DNA of 64,000 nucleotides from an uncultured virus (IMG/VR IMGVR_UViG_3300006923_000016) (Duplodnaviria > Heunggongvirae > Uroviricota > Caudoviricetes), in IMG/VR virus record IMGVR_UViG_3300006923_000016, positions 1 to 64,000 of that record. The stretch is one strand, 5' to 3'. The translations under genes were made by a program, and so were the position numbers. Below are positions 1 to 9,310 of this stretch, one piece after another. Under the pieces are notes generated by a model. That model did not search any database. It was given only the letters and a program-made list of their open reading frames with translations, and was not told where the DNA came from. Within the stretch, counting starts at the first letter, position 1; each line of letters begins with the position of its first letter.

Positions 1-56
1 TAGGACATTGGTTTTTCAAGCCAAGAATAGGGGTTCGATTCCCCTACGAAGGACCA
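1..56 (+). tRNA. tRNA-Glu(TTC), 5'-truncated by the window edge
   Basis: Anticodon stem TTGGT/GCCAA with loop TT-TTC-AA, T arm AGGGG-TTCGATT-CCCCT, encoded 3' CCA at 54-56. Confidence 0.9.
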
Positions 57-64
57 AGCATCAT

Positions 65-140
65 GGGCATGTAGCTTAGCGGCCAAAGCACTGGTATTAC
101 AAACCAGACATCGTGGGTTCGAGTCCCCCCATGCCCACCA
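65..140 (+). tRNA. tRNA-Val(TAC)
   Basis: Acceptor GGGCATG/CATGCCC, D arm TAGCTTAGCGGCCAAAGC, anticodon stem CTGGT/ACCAG with loop AT-TAC-AA, GTTCGAGTC T loop, 3' ACCA. Confidence 0.92.
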
Positions 141-146
141 AACAAC

Positions 147-380
147 ATGCTACTAATAAGCTCAGCTCCAGAAGCAGAAGAGAAAGCTTTCGCAAGCTCA
201 GACTATGCACACACGGATGTAGCCGTGGCCGTAGCTGCTGACTCTCGGAAGTTTTATTCGCTCTACATCCACCTCCACGAAAAAGTTCTCTACAGCGTTA
301 CTCCCCGTAAGGTGGGCGATACTATCGTCTTCCGTTGGAGACTACCACCTACGATAAAGGAAAAACACTTTGCAAATTAA
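147..380 (+). CDS. Small hypothetical protein, MLLIS N-terminal family
   Basis: 77 aa ORF filling the gap between tRNA-Val and groES; begins MLLISSAPEA. Confidence 0.6.
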   Translation: MLLISSAPEAEEKAFASSDYAHTDVAVAVAADSRKFYSLYIHLHEKVLYSVTPRKVGDTIVFRWRLPPTIKEKHFAN

Positions 381-657
381 GCCAAAAGGTCCTTACATCC
401 TAGTTCAGCTTGACACTGTCCCCGATCAAACCGCTTCTGGTCTTTACCTAGGCAGCTCAGCCCGTAAGATGAAGCAATGCAAGGGAATTGTTACTGCTAT
501 TGGCACTGCCGTATTTGATGTAGAACTAGGAGACAGAGTAATTCTCACTGTTGACTACGAACCTAGCTTCTGTGTCACCAACGATGAACAAGAAGAATTC
601 GTTATCGTTGACGAAGAAGACGTCTGTGCAATCCTAACAGAAGAAGGGTCAAATTGA
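370..657 (+). CDS. groES: Co-chaperonin GroES (Cpn10)
   Basis: MQIKP-G-YILV...QTASGLYL...GIVTAIG...VELGDRV...IVDEEDVCAIL pattern; TTG start after AAGGA. Confidence 0.88.
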   Translation: MQIKPKGPYILVQLDTVPDQTASGLYLGSSARKMKQCKGIVTAIGTAVFDVELGDRVILTVDYEPSFCVTNDEQEEFVIVDEEDVCAILTEEGSN

Positions 658-917
658 TTTACTTTGCTATTAGGCATAAAACAACCGGACTATTCATGGT
701 TGGTAGCTCTAGATATAGTTCATGGAGTCCCATAGGAAGGACATGGGCTAATCCTTCTTCAGCCAAAGGACACATAACTCGGGTAAGAAATCTCATTCCA
801 GGATTTAAGAAAAGACTAAACAGGGGGGCGATGAAGTGGCAAATTGATCAAGCTAACCTTAACCCCAGTGAATGGGAAATTGTTAAGGTTAAAATGATTG
901 TAGACGACACGGTTTAG
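654..917 (+). CDS. Hypothetical protein
   Basis: 87 aa ORF coupled to the groES stop; FAIRHKTTGLFM start is typical of small phage proteins. Confidence 0.7.
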   Translation: MIYFAIRHKTTGLFMVGSSRYSSWSPIGRTWANPSSAKGHITRVRNLIPGFKKRLNRGAMKWQIDQANLNPSEWEIVKVKMIVDDTV

Positions 918-980
918 TAGTAAGATAGACACGAACCCTGGATAGACCGGAGTTCAGACTTCCCAAAGGTGGAGGACAAC

Positions 981-2072
981 ATGAAGAAATATTCTCTCGG
1001 CGTCGTAATCGGACGCTTTCAGCCCGTACACCAGGGGCACATCGAAAACATACTGGTGCCTGCACTTGAGCAATGCGATAGAGTCCTAGTGACTCTCGGC
1101 TCGTGCCATAAGCCACGAACAATTAAAAATCCTTTCACTGCTATTCAGCGTGAAGGTATGATCCTTGAAGCTCTTCGTAGTCACTATGACTACCCCCAAC
1201 GAGCAGAATTCACCAGCTTGTCGTTCAGGGACGCACGTGACTTCCCTTACGACAACAACAGATGGCGTGCTCAGATCCTGAGATTCGCTCATGAATTTGA
1301 AGACAACGACTCGAAGATTGCTCTCTTCGGAGCAGAGAAGGATCATTCATCCTTCTACCTCAAGTTCTTCCCGCTATGGGCTCTGGTTGAGCCTGAAGGG
1401 CTTGGTAACGGTTACAGTTCGACTGTTATCCGAGAGTACTTCTTCAGCGATTCTTTCAAGATGGATGCTCTTCATGCTCCGGCTGACTTGTTCACGAAGA
1501 ACATGGTCAATCGAGGCCTTCCCTCTTGTAATATCGTAACTCTGAGTAACTGGGTCTTCACCGAGGAAGGTAAAAGACTTAAGACTGAGTACGATCACAT
1601 CAAGAAGTACAAAGCTCAGTTCGAATCCTACCCCTATCCACCCATCTTCCACACCGTAGATAATGTAGTCCTATACAACGGACACATTCTCCTGGTGCAG
1701 CGTGGAGCCATGCCTGGCAAGGGCCTGTGGGCTCTCCCAGGTGGCTTCCTTAACGCCAATGAGTGGGCATTCCAAGGAGCAATGCGTGAGCTTGCCGAAG
1801 AAACAGGGCTCAAGCCCAAGCCCGAATGGTATAACCCCGAACCAAAAACGTTCGATCACCCCGGCCGATCTCTTAGAGGCCGAACGATCACTACAGCTTT
1901 CCTCTGTGTTGTCCCCTCTAGGTTTCCCGCACCCTCTGTTAAGGGAATGGACGACGCCGATCGAGCCTCTTGGATCCCAATGGATAGAGTACTTGGGGAT
2001 TCCCCAGCTTATTCAAACATAATGTTCGAAGATCACATCGATATCATCAGAGAGATGGTGGAGAGGGCGTGA
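981..2072 (+). CDS. nadM: Bifunctional NMN adenylyltransferase / ADP-ribose pyrophosphatase (NadM-Nudix)
   Basis: GRFQPVHQGH (HxGH) motif, KNPFT, SST-IR, C-terminal Nudix box GGFLNANEWAFQGAMRELAEETG, DHPGRSLRGRTIT; ATG 981 follows GGAGGA. Confidence 0.93.
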   Translation: MKKYSLGVVIGRFQPVHQGHIENILVPALEQCDRVLVTLGSCHKPRTIKNPFTAIQREGMILEALRSHYDYPQRAEFTSLSFRDARDFPYDNNRWRAQILRFAHEFEDNDSKIALFGAEKDHSSFYLKFFPLWALVEPEGLGNGYSSTVIREYFFSDSFKMDALHAPADLFTKNMVNRGLPSCNIVTLSNWVFTEEGKRLKTEYDHIKKYKAQFESYPYPPIFHTVDNVVLYNGHILLVQRGAMPGKGLWALPGGFLNANEWAFQGAMRELAEETGLKPKPEWYNPEPKTFDHPGRSLRGRTITTAFLCVVPSRFPAPSVKGMDDADRASWIPMDRVLGDSPAYSNIMFEDHIDIIREMVERA

Positions 2073-2299
2073 TTCTAATAAGCAATGCACCTGAGGCTAG
2101 TCTTCAAGAACTTTGCTTTATAATGCCTCGGTTTTTGCCAAGAAAAAATGAACCCATCTTTCTCGCAGTCTACTTGCCGTGTCAAAAGAGGCCAACAACA
2201 GATGTTGAATGGTTTACTTTCAGCGTCTTAATCTCTAAAAAGTTTTGGAAAGCAGAAGACGTCCCTCATACCCAAGGCGATAGACGCCAAGGAGAATGA
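2069..2299 (+). CDS. Small hypothetical protein, MLLIS N-terminal family
   Basis: 76 aa, GTG start overlapping the nadM stop and stop overlapping the nadV start; begins MILISNAPEA. Confidence 0.65.
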   Translation: MILISNAPEASLQELCFIMPRFLPRKNEPIFLAVYLPCQKRPTTDVEWFTFSVLISKKFWKAEDVPHTQGDRRQGE

Positions 2300-3813
2300 C
2301 AAAAATGTTCATTCATGAAATCCCAATTGCAGTATTATCTGATAGTTACAAGGCAGGGCACCCTCGCCAGTACCCCGACAACATCAAGCAAGCAACAGCC
2401 TACGGAGAGTTCCGTAAGGCTATGTTCGGCAACGATCATCGGATCGTGTTCTTCGGAGGCCGCTACTATACAGAGACATTCCTTAATCGGCAGTGGACGA
2501 TGGAAGATATAGATGCAGCAGCATTGTTCTACTCCACTCACAATGTTCCCTTCACCCCCTATCCCTTTCCAGAAGAACTGTTCAGAAAATTCGTCCGAGA
2601 AAACGATGGTTATTTCCCAGTTAAGGTGGAGATGATTCCAGATGGTACTGTTATCTACCCACACGTGCCTGTGTACCAAATCACCGCGTCTGATGATTAT
2701 TCACGGCTCGTCACTTTCATCGAAACGGTACTTACGATGGTATGGCACCCGACCAGCGTTGCGACTCTCGCGGCCCACACCAGGAATGCGATTGTTTCAT
2801 CGTTTGGACGTAGCGCTGACGAGGAATCGTCCTGGAAGATAGATTCAAGGCTTCATGATTTTGGTTTCCGAGGCACTTCTTCAATCGAAAGTGCAATATT
2901 GGGAGGTATGGGTCACCTACTCAGCTTTACAGGCAGTGACACCATGGCCGCCGCTTACTATGCTCAGATGGCATACAACGATGGGCGACCAGTGGCTATG
3001 TCAATCCCTGCCACAGAACATAGTGTAATGACAAGCTGGCCTGATGAACTCAGTGCCGTGCGAAACATGTTCAAGCGGTTCCCAGGAGGCTTGCTCGCCA
3101 CTGTGGGCGACTCCTATGACTGGAAGGGCTTCCTAGACACAGTCGTTCCCATCATGGCTAAGGAGAAGCCTGAGGACCTCTTCTGGGTAATTAGACCAGA
3201 CTCTGGTGACCCTCTTAAGTGTGTCCTTCAAGGGCTAGAAGCATTGGAGAAGAACTTTGATACTACTATCAACTCAAAGGGTTATAAGGTCATCAACGGA
3301 GCTGGGATCCTTCAAGGTGATGGCCTGGACATATCATCACTCCTCAAAATCCTATATGGAGTGGAGGCTGCTGGCTTCTCTGTCGAAAACGTCGCATTCG
3401 GAATGGGTGGTGGGCTTCTCCAGAAGCATAACCGAGACACGATGGCTTTCGCCACCAAGCTATCCCAAGTGGTACTTGACGACGGCACTATCGTGGACAA
3501 GATGAAGTACCCCAAGACAGACAAAGACAAAGCTTCCATGCCGGGTAGACTCAAGGTCATCACCATGGCTGGTCATCCCGTGACTGTTCCTGAAGAATTC
3601 CATGTCTGGAGTGACTACGCTATTGAGACTAATCTCCTTAGGGTTGTCTACGATCATGGACCAGTAGAGGTTGAGCATCTCACCTTTGATGAAATGCGGG
3701 CAAGTCTTCTCATCCAGTGGGATCGATGCAAAGATGGCTATAATGCCATCCACCCCAGCCTTAAACGGAAGATGGAAACAATCATGGAGGCACACCGTGC
3801 TAACGGAAATTAA
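2296..3813 (+). CDS. nadV: Nicotinamide phosphoribosyltransferase (Nampt)
   Basis: SDSYKAGH, LHDFGFRG, SIPATEHSVMTSW, IRPDSGDP, QGDG, AFGMGGGLLQK-NRDT motifs. Confidence 0.95.
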   Translation: MTKMFIHEIPIAVLSDSYKAGHPRQYPDNIKQATAYGEFRKAMFGNDHRIVFFGGRYYTETFLNRQWTMEDIDAAALFYSTHNVPFTPYPFPEELFRKFVRENDGYFPVKVEMIPDGTVIYPHVPVYQITASDDYSRLVTFIETVLTMVWHPTSVATLAAHTRNAIVSSFGRSADEESSWKIDSRLHDFGFRGTSSIESAILGGMGHLLSFTGSDTMAAAYYAQMAYNDGRPVAMSIPATEHSVMTSWPDELSAVRNMFKRFPGGLLATVGDSYDWKGFLDTVVPIMAKEKPEDLFWVIRPDSGDPLKCVLQGLEALEKNFDTTINSKGYKVINGAGILQGDGLDISSLLKILYGVEAAGFSVENVAFGMGGGLLQKHNRDTMAFATKLSQVVLDDGTIVDKMKYPKTDKDKASMPGRLKVITMAGHPVTVPEEFHVWSDYAIETNLLRVVYDHGPVEVEHLTFDEMRASLLIQWDRCKDGYNAIHPSLKRKMETIMEAHRANGN

Positions 3814-4351
3814 AAGCCTTCTTAGTTCTAATCATAAGCTTAGTGCAACCATCTCTGGTGGTGGTATTGGTTTTTTCTCTAAACTATTAGTTCATGGAGG
3901 AGGGAGTGCTCTTCTTGTAAGAGGCCACATCCCCTACGGAACATCAACACTACACACAGCAGCTGCACCATGGCAACACGGTCAAGGGGCAGTCAGCCAA
4001 AGGACGGCTGAGAACGTTACAATTAATCTAGAACAAACATCTCATTGGCTTGATCCCAACGAGAGAGTTAATCATGTTTCCCTTTGTTGCACAGCAACTA
4101 TGAAATCAGAAAGAGAACGTCAGGGAAGAGAGCATCGAGCTTGGATTTCCCTACGTGGAGACAAGAAGCCTAACAAAAGCCTTAAGATCTCCCTATCTCA
4201 CTATCTCACTCGTGAAGAGCAAGAAGATTTGCTTTCAGAACTACTCCTAAAATTACTCGCTGAGTATGTTGGAGTTAGTTCAGAAGGTAATGCTCTTGTC
4301 GAAGCGAAGAAGCAAGACAGCAACATCGTAGAACATAAGTCTCTAGAATAG
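3797..4351 (+). CDS. CinA/PncC-like (NMN deamidase fold) protein
   Basis: SGGG...LL-HGGGS-LL-RG-IPY, AVSQRTA, CTATM...GREHRAWI resemble the CinA C-terminal fold; follows nadV; GTG 3797 after GGAGG. Confidence 0.55.
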   Translation: MLTEIKSLLSSNHKLSATISGGGIGFFSKLLVHGGGSALLVRGHIPYGTSTLHTAAAPWQHGQGAVSQRTAENVTINLEQTSHWLDPNERVNHVSLCCTATMKSERERQGREHRAWISLRGDKKPNKSLKISLSHYLTREEQEDLLSELLLKLLAEYVGVSSEGNALVEAKKQDSNIVEHKSLE

Positions 4352-4366
4352 GCATCAGCGTAAACA

Positions 4367-5266
4367 ATGGAACAAAAATATCTTGATCTTTTAGAAAACA
4401 TTTTAGAGAACGGAACAGATAAAGGTGATCGAACGGGGACTGGCACTCGAAGCTTATTCGGGCGTCAGCTCCGTTTTGATCTGTCGGAAGGGTTCCCACT
4501 CCTTACCACCAAGAAGATGTTCATGCGTGGGATTAAAGAGGAGCTGCTTTGGATTCTAAGTGGCTCAACAGACAATAGAAAGCTACAAGAAAAGAATGTA
4601 AACATCTGGAATGAATGGGCTACTGAAGAACAGTGTGCTAAGTTCGCTAGACAAGAAGGAGACCTAGGTCCAGTCTATGGACACCAGTGGCGTAACTTTG
4701 GAGCTAACTGGGACCCTACGGGTGATCAACCAGAAAAAGAATGGTATGACTACAAAGCTCAGCGCTGGGTTAATCCAGTCTACATGTCAGATGGCATGGA
4801 TCAGATAAGCAATGCCATTGATCTCATCAAAAACAATCCCAACTCTAGACGTATCATCGTCAACGGTTGGAATCCAAGTGAAGCAACGCAGGTCGCGCTA
4901 CCTCCTTGTCATACCCTTTTCCAATTCTATGTCATTGAGGGTAAGCTTTCAGGCCAGCTCTACCAGCGGAGTGGAGATGTGTTCCTTGGGGTTCCGTTCA
5001 ACATCGCATCCTACGCTCTTCTGCTTCACCTCACCGCTCAAGCGACAAACCTGGAAGCTGGTGACTTTGTCCATACGTTCGGTGACGTTCACATCTATAA
5101 CAACCACTTCAAGCAAGTAGAAGAGCAGCTCAGTCGCACACCGCTAGAACTACCTACACTCTGGCTTAATCCAGAGGTAGATGACATCTTTAACTTCACT
5201 AGTGAAGACATTAAGATTGTTAACTACAATTCTTATAAGTCAATCAAAGCACCAGTAGCAGTATGA
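4367..5266 (+). CDS. thyA: Thymidylate synthase
   Basis: [58 protein letters not shown]. Confidence 0.98.
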   Translation: MEQKYLDLLENILENGTDKGDRTGTGTRSLFGRQLRFDLSEGFPLLTTKKMFMRGIKEELLWILSGSTDNRKLQEKNVNIWNEWATEEQCAKFARQEGDLGPVYGHQWRNFGANWDPTGDQPEKEWYDYKAQRWVNPVYMSDGMDQISNAIDLIKNNPNSRRIIVNGWNPSEATQVALPPCHTLFQFYVIEGKLSGQLYQRSGDVFLGVPFNIASYALLLHLTAQATNLEAGDFVHTFGDVHIYNNHFKQVEEQLSRTPLELPTLWLNPEVDDIFNFTSEDIKIVNYNSYKSIKAPVAV

Positions 5267-5330
5267 GATTTCAAGGTCAGTTGGTGAGTAGCCTCACTGG
5301 TCCCCTTCCTACTGGTATCACTTATTGCAC

Positions 5331-6281
5331 TTATCCGTTAGGTAAGTTGTCGATAATGTAACCCATCTCAACTAGAGTCCCTGCTTCAGGAATTATATCG
5401 AAGAAAATCGTGTTAGTAGTCTCATCGTAATGCCAATATGGGAACTCTAGCGCATCTTCAAAAACGATAATACTATCTGGGACTGGTACAAACTCAAGCT
5501 CCCATGACTCATAAGGTTCTAACTGAACAGTAGCTTCGGCTACGCCAGGTGACCAATCAGTATCCATAATATCGATCATGACACCACCGAAGTGGTCTAC
5601 TACTTCTACATACCCAGCGTTGTCGTTGGGATTAGTAATTGCTGCTGCAAATGTAGACCCCTCAGGGCGGAGTCCCTCATACCAGGAAATCCATTCATTT
5701 AAAGGCATTGAAGACTGATCGTACTCGTCGCTAACAAAAACGGTTAGCAGGGTAACATCATCGCGCATCCATTCCCAAGAAGCCGGATTATTCTCAATGT
5801 ATTCGTAAGCAGAATCTCGTCCCGACTCCCACTGCCCTTGCATAATGGAGTTGTACATATCAAGAGCTTCGTCGATACCATCACCTGGTACAAGAGGGAA
5901 CTGGAAGGGTTCGTTAGCCGCATTGGACGGGGTAGCACTAATCATCATTAGTCGCCAACCGTGCGGCGGCAAAGCATTTATCATTGCTTCAATACCTGCT
6001 AGGACTCTTCCGGCATCGTTGTTCATAGAGCCAGAGAAGTCCAACACCCATAAAATATCAGTGCCATTAGAAGTAGATGGTTGGATAAAATGCTCAACCC
6101 AGACATCACCTTGAGGATCACCATTGGGAATCTCAACTTCAACCTCAACAATTACCTTAACAGGGACCTCAACAGGCACTTCAATATATTCAGTTTCCCC
6201 ACCATAAATAGCATAATCACTACAACCAATTAATATAAGAGGGATAAGGATTGTAAACAGTTTATTTAATAGACGCTTCAT
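5331..6281 (-). CDS. vWA-domain lipoprotein
   Basis: Signal peptide with lipobox LIG-C, MIDAS motif DILWVLDFSGSM, FVSDEYD; ATG 6281 after GAGGAGG. Confidence 0.75.
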   Translation of the reverse strand: MKRLLNKLFTILIPLILIGCSDYAIYGGETEYIEVPVEVPVKVIVEVEVEIPNGDPQGDVWVEHFIQPSTSNGTDILWVLDFSGSMNNDAGRVLAGIEAMINALPPHGWRLMMISATPSNAANEPFQFPLVPGDGIDEALDMYNSIMQGQWESGRDSAYEYIENNPASWEWMRDDVTLLTVFVSDEYDQSSMPLNEWISWYEGLRPEGSTFAAAITNPNDNAGYVEVVDHFGGVMIDIMDTDWSPGVAEATVQLEPYESWELEFVPVPDSIIVFEDALEFPYWHYDETTNTIFFDIIPEAGTLVEMGYIIDNLPNG

Positions 6282-7119
6282 CTGACTGTGCCTCCTCGAG
6301 TATCTTTTCAAGCTCAATAATTTTTAGGACCTGACTTAAAAAGTCTCTAATTCTATGTGCTGGTTCAGCAATAGAAATCTCAGACCAATCACTACCATTG
6401 GTACTTACAATAGCGATAAGCATCCCAATTATTTCACCGTCCTTGATTACAGGACTACCTGATGAGCCTTGAGCAGCAGGTAAGCTTAAGAAATAATCAC
6501 CGGTAAGAGGATCAACAAAGGAGAAGCTACCTTCCTTTTTAATGGGAAAGATACCAAAGGGTGCCTGAATACTGATGATTCTGTCATCAAATCGAGGTGT
6601 ATAGTTATCGCTGATTGGGTATGCTGGAAGACTAGTTTCAACCTCAAAGATACATAGATCAGGGTTAAGGTTAAACCAAATAACCTTACCTTCAGAGGTT
6701 GTGTCTAGCACAGTACGAATCTCAATAAACTCATGAGCTAGCTTAGTCAAGGGATTTACACATACATGCCCAGCGGTAAGCATGAGAGTCTTGCCGTTAG
6801 GCTGTAGCTTAACAGCCGTAGCTGTGCCACTGCCTCTAAGTGGAAGCTCTCCTGGTATAGTGTTACTTCTTACACGAACTAATGCCGTGCTTAAAGCTAA
6901 AGGGTTGCTTGTAGCTTGGGTTAGTGTTAGAGTATCTTCTACTTTAGGGGCCATCGCCTGGACTAAGCTTTCATCTGCAATGAAGGCTAAGTCCATCATA
7001 GGGACCAAAAGCAGTGCTACCAACACGCTTAAGAATTTCCTTTTCAATTTCGTCTCCTTTTCAGGGGCGGTACCCCTTATACTTAGCATATCATGGTCAA
7101 CCAAGAACTTACCAGCCAA
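6262..7119 (-). CDS. Trypsin-like serine protease with N-terminal membrane anchor or signal
   Basis: Catalytic triad motifs LTAGHVC, DLCI, GSSGSPV; hydrophobic N-terminal segment; true start may be downstream. Confidence 0.85.
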   Translation of the reverse strand: MAGKFLVDHDMLSIRGTAPEKETKLKRKFLSVLVALLLVPMMDLAFIADESLVQAMAPKVEDTLTLTQATSNPLALSTALVRVRSNTIPGELPLRGSGTATAVKLQPNGKTLMLTAGHVCVNPLTKLAHEFIEIRTVLDTTSEGKVIWFNLNPDLCIFEVETSLPAYPISDNYTPRFDDRIISIQAPFGIFPIKKEGSFSFVDPLTGDYFLSLPAAQGSSGSPVIKDGEIIGMLIAIVSTNGSDWSEISIAEPAHRIRDFLSQVLKIIELEKILEEAQSDEASIK

Positions 7120-7626
7120 CTATCTTTTTGGGACAGTATCCACGATGGGTATTACATTGCTGTAACCAGCGGAGGCTTTGATCCCCTACATGTAGGGCAC
7201 CTACGGTCTATCATCAATATGAAGCTCGCAGTTAGAGACTATCTTGTCCTTAAAAAAAAGAAAATCGACAAAATAGATAGGCCTATTCTTTCTGTTGTCA
7301 TTGTCAACGGACCCAATTTCTTAGCTCAGAAAAAGGGATATGAATTCATGCCTCTTGTAGAACGCATGGAAATCATCAAGAACCTCCAAGGTGTAGATTA
7401 TGTAGTCCCTTGGGATCAAGTAGGTGATGACTCTACTGTTATCAACGCTCTCTCCATTATTAAGCCTCACTTCTTTTGCAAGGGTGGAGACCGCACCAAA
7501 GAATCCGGACTAGCTGAACAAGCAGTGTGTGATAGTTTGGAGTGTGAAATCATATATAATGTAGGAGGCGGGAAGATTCAAAGCTCTTCCTGGTTAGTAG
7601 ATGCTGCTGATAAGCACAAAACTTAG
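7093..7626 (+). CDS. Cytidylyltransferase-family nucleotidyltransferase (HldC/RfaE2/TagD-like)
   Basis: SGGFDPLHVGH, KKG-FMPL-ER-EI, GVDYV, KGGDR, GGGKIQSSS. Confidence 0.88.
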   Translation: MVNQELTSQLSFWDSIHDGYYIAVTSGGFDPLHVGHLRSIINMKLAVRDYLVLKKKKIDKIDRPILSVVIVNGPNFLAQKKGYEFMPLVERMEIIKNLQGVDYVVPWDQVGDDSTVINALSIIKPHFFCKGGDRTKESGLAEQAVCDSLECEIIYNVGGGKIQSSSWLVDAADKHKT

Positions 7627-7807
7627 CTATCAAACCCTACCAAATGAACCACTAATCGCCTGGACTATTCGCCTAGATAAAGACCTTGTTCTTTTATTTG
7701 CTCGCCTTCATAAGGGGAGATGGTATGGTGAAAAAATCAGGAACTATCATATATGGAATAGAAAGCGGTCTAGACAACCAAGCTTGCTCCATGGCGACAA
7801 GGCCTAG
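7601..7807 (+). CDS. Small hypothetical protein, MLLIS N-terminal family
   Basis: 68 aa, begins MLLIST; start overlaps the upstream gene by 26 nt. Confidence 0.45.
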   Translation: MLLISTKLSYQTLPNEPLIAWTIRLDKDLVLLFARLHKGRWYGEKIRNYHIWNRKRSRQPSLLHGDKA

Positions 7808-7866
7808 GCCTAAAAGTGAATATCCTTCATGGATTAAACGCCTTCCCCTTGCTCATAGGAAAAGAT

Positions 7867-8103
7867 ATGCTGTTGATATCCCAAGAGATGAGAATCTCTA
7901 AGCCTTGGTACACACGAATCTCTTTCATCCTAGGGGTTGATGATTATTGGATAGATACTTGGGAAGTCAATGCACTCTTTGCCTTCCTAGATATCACCGT
8001 AAGATCAGAGTGTGAAGACTCCCCCATAGATGTGTTCACTCTCGTACTCGAAGAGGACCACCCAATTCATGCAAAAAATAAAATTAGTAAAGTCAACCGA
8101 TAA
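7867..8103 (+). CDS. Small hypothetical protein, MLLIS N-terminal family
   Basis: In-frame ATG at 7867 (MLLISQ) within track ORF 7816..8103, preceded by AGGA. Confidence 0.55.
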   Translation: MLLISQEMRISKPWYTRISFILGVDDYWIDTWEVNALFAFLDITVRSECEDSPIDVFTLVLEEDHPIHAKNKISKVNR

Positions 8104-8695
8104 GATTCTGTCTACTCCGACAGAAATTGTTACCGACATAAGTACTCAAGTCATTCCCTACATTGCCACCATGAGGACCATCATGAGACAAAACAGTGGA
8201 GTAGCTATTGCTGCTAACCAAGTAGGATTGCCTTATCGATTCTTCCTTGACAGGGGTGAAATTTATATCAACCCTACAATTGAAGTAATTGATGCTACAG
8301 AAATCCAAGGACAAGAAGGATGTCTCTCCTTCCCTGGAGGCGCCTGGCTTTGTAAAAGATTCACAGCCATAGCCTTAACCTATGAGACAACCAAAGGGAA
8401 AGAGAAAATCATTACGGTTCGCCTTCCTGATATAGTTAAAACTAGAGCAGATCAAGCTACTGTCTCTAAATTACTCTCTTTCCAACATGAGGTAGACCAT
8501 TTAAATGGCATCCTCTTAACAAATCATGGAGAAAAAATTAAGCGCACCTTTGGTGAGCCTGAAGAGGAGCCTATCTCTTTGGTAGACGCTCGAAAACTTC
8601 CCGTGGTATCCTTGGCTCAGCTACAGAGGCTAATGGTAAGAGATAAAAAGCTTGCTGCACAAGCACAAGCAGCAGCAGCAGACAAAGACGAGTAA
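8069..8695 (+). CDS. def: Peptide deformylase
   Basis: GVAIAANQVG, EGCLS and QHEVDHLNG motifs. Confidence 0.93.
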   Translation: MQKIKLVKSTDKILSTPTEIVTDISTQVIPYIATMRTIMRQNSGVAIAANQVGLPYRFFLDRGEIYINPTIEVIDATEIQGQEGCLSFPGGAWLCKRFTAIALTYETTKGKEKIITVRLPDIVKTRADQATVSKLLSFQHEVDHLNGILLTNHGEKIKRTFGEPEEEPISLVDARKLPVVSLAQLQRLMVRDKKLAAQAQAAAADKDE

Positions 8696-8701
8696 TAACA
8701 T

Positions 8702-8775
8702 CCCCGTATAGCTTAGCGGCTTAAAGCGCTTGCTCGACACGCAAGAGATCGGTGGTTTAGATCCACCTATGGGGA
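8702..8775 (+). tRNA. Atypical or degenerate tRNA-Val(GAC)
   Basis: Acceptor CCCCGTA/TATGGGG, D arm near-identical to tRNA-Val(TAC), anticodon stem CTTGC/GCAAG with loop TC-GAC-AC, T stem GGTGG/CCACC; but C33, T loop TTTAGAT and no encoded CCA. Confidence 0.72.
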
Positions 8776-8784
8776 ACATAAACA

Positions 8785-8961
8785 ATGCTTGTCATTTATC
8801 TAGTTTTAGTTACACTACTCGTTGCAGTAAGCGGTATTACGATTTGGCTTCGTGAAGATACAACCGAAGAGGAAATCTTTTGGACCCAATTACTCTATTG
8901 GCAGACCATACTTTTGATGGTGTTGGCTATAGCATTAGCTATCGTGATATTGCTAGCCTAA
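8785..8961 (+). CDS. Small two-TM membrane protein (58 aa, not in ORF track)
   Basis: Manual translation MLVIYLVLVTLLVAVSGITIWLREDTTEEEIFWTQLLYWQTILLMVLAIALAIVILLA. Confidence 0.65.
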   Translation: MLVIYLVLVTLLVAVSGITIWLREDTTEEEIFWTQLLYWQTILLMVLAIALAIVILLA

Positions 8962-8977
8962 ACCTAAAAGGTATAAT

Positions 8978-9310
8978 ATGGATGATAAAGAAGAACTAGG
9001 TCCGAAGATACACAGTAGAAGAGCCCCTTCGGGTATGCGAATCTTCACTGTCTGTCGACAAGCGGACGAAACAGGCGTTAGCGGTGAAGGAATCATCGCT
9101 GAAGGAGTAGAGTGGGGAGACGGTAGTGTAAGCCTTAGATGGTTGACACCGTGGCCCAAAGGAAGCATCGTCTATTGGCATACAATGCAAGACTTTCTTT
9201 CCGTTCACATCCTCCCTCACATGTCTAATGGAACTATCATTACCTTTGCCGACGGCGAACAGGTAGTGTATGGAACTCCACCTAAAGAAGAAGTTCCTCC
9301 GGAAGAATAA
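8978..9310 (+). CDS. Hypothetical phage protein
   Basis: R--DETGVSGEG-IAEGVEW-DG-V-LRW pattern, which I recall from phage hypotheticals. Confidence 0.75.
   Translation: MDDKEELGPKIHSRRAPSGMRIFTVCRQADETGVSGEGIIAEGVEWGDGSVSLRWLTPWPKGSIVYWHTMQDFLSVHILPHMSNGTIITFADGEQVVYGTPPKEEVPPEE

Noticed and set aside
8950..8977. TTGCTA-16-TATAAT sigma70-like promoter
   Set aside because: The -10 box directly abuts the ATG at 8978, leaving no room for a start site; likely chance.
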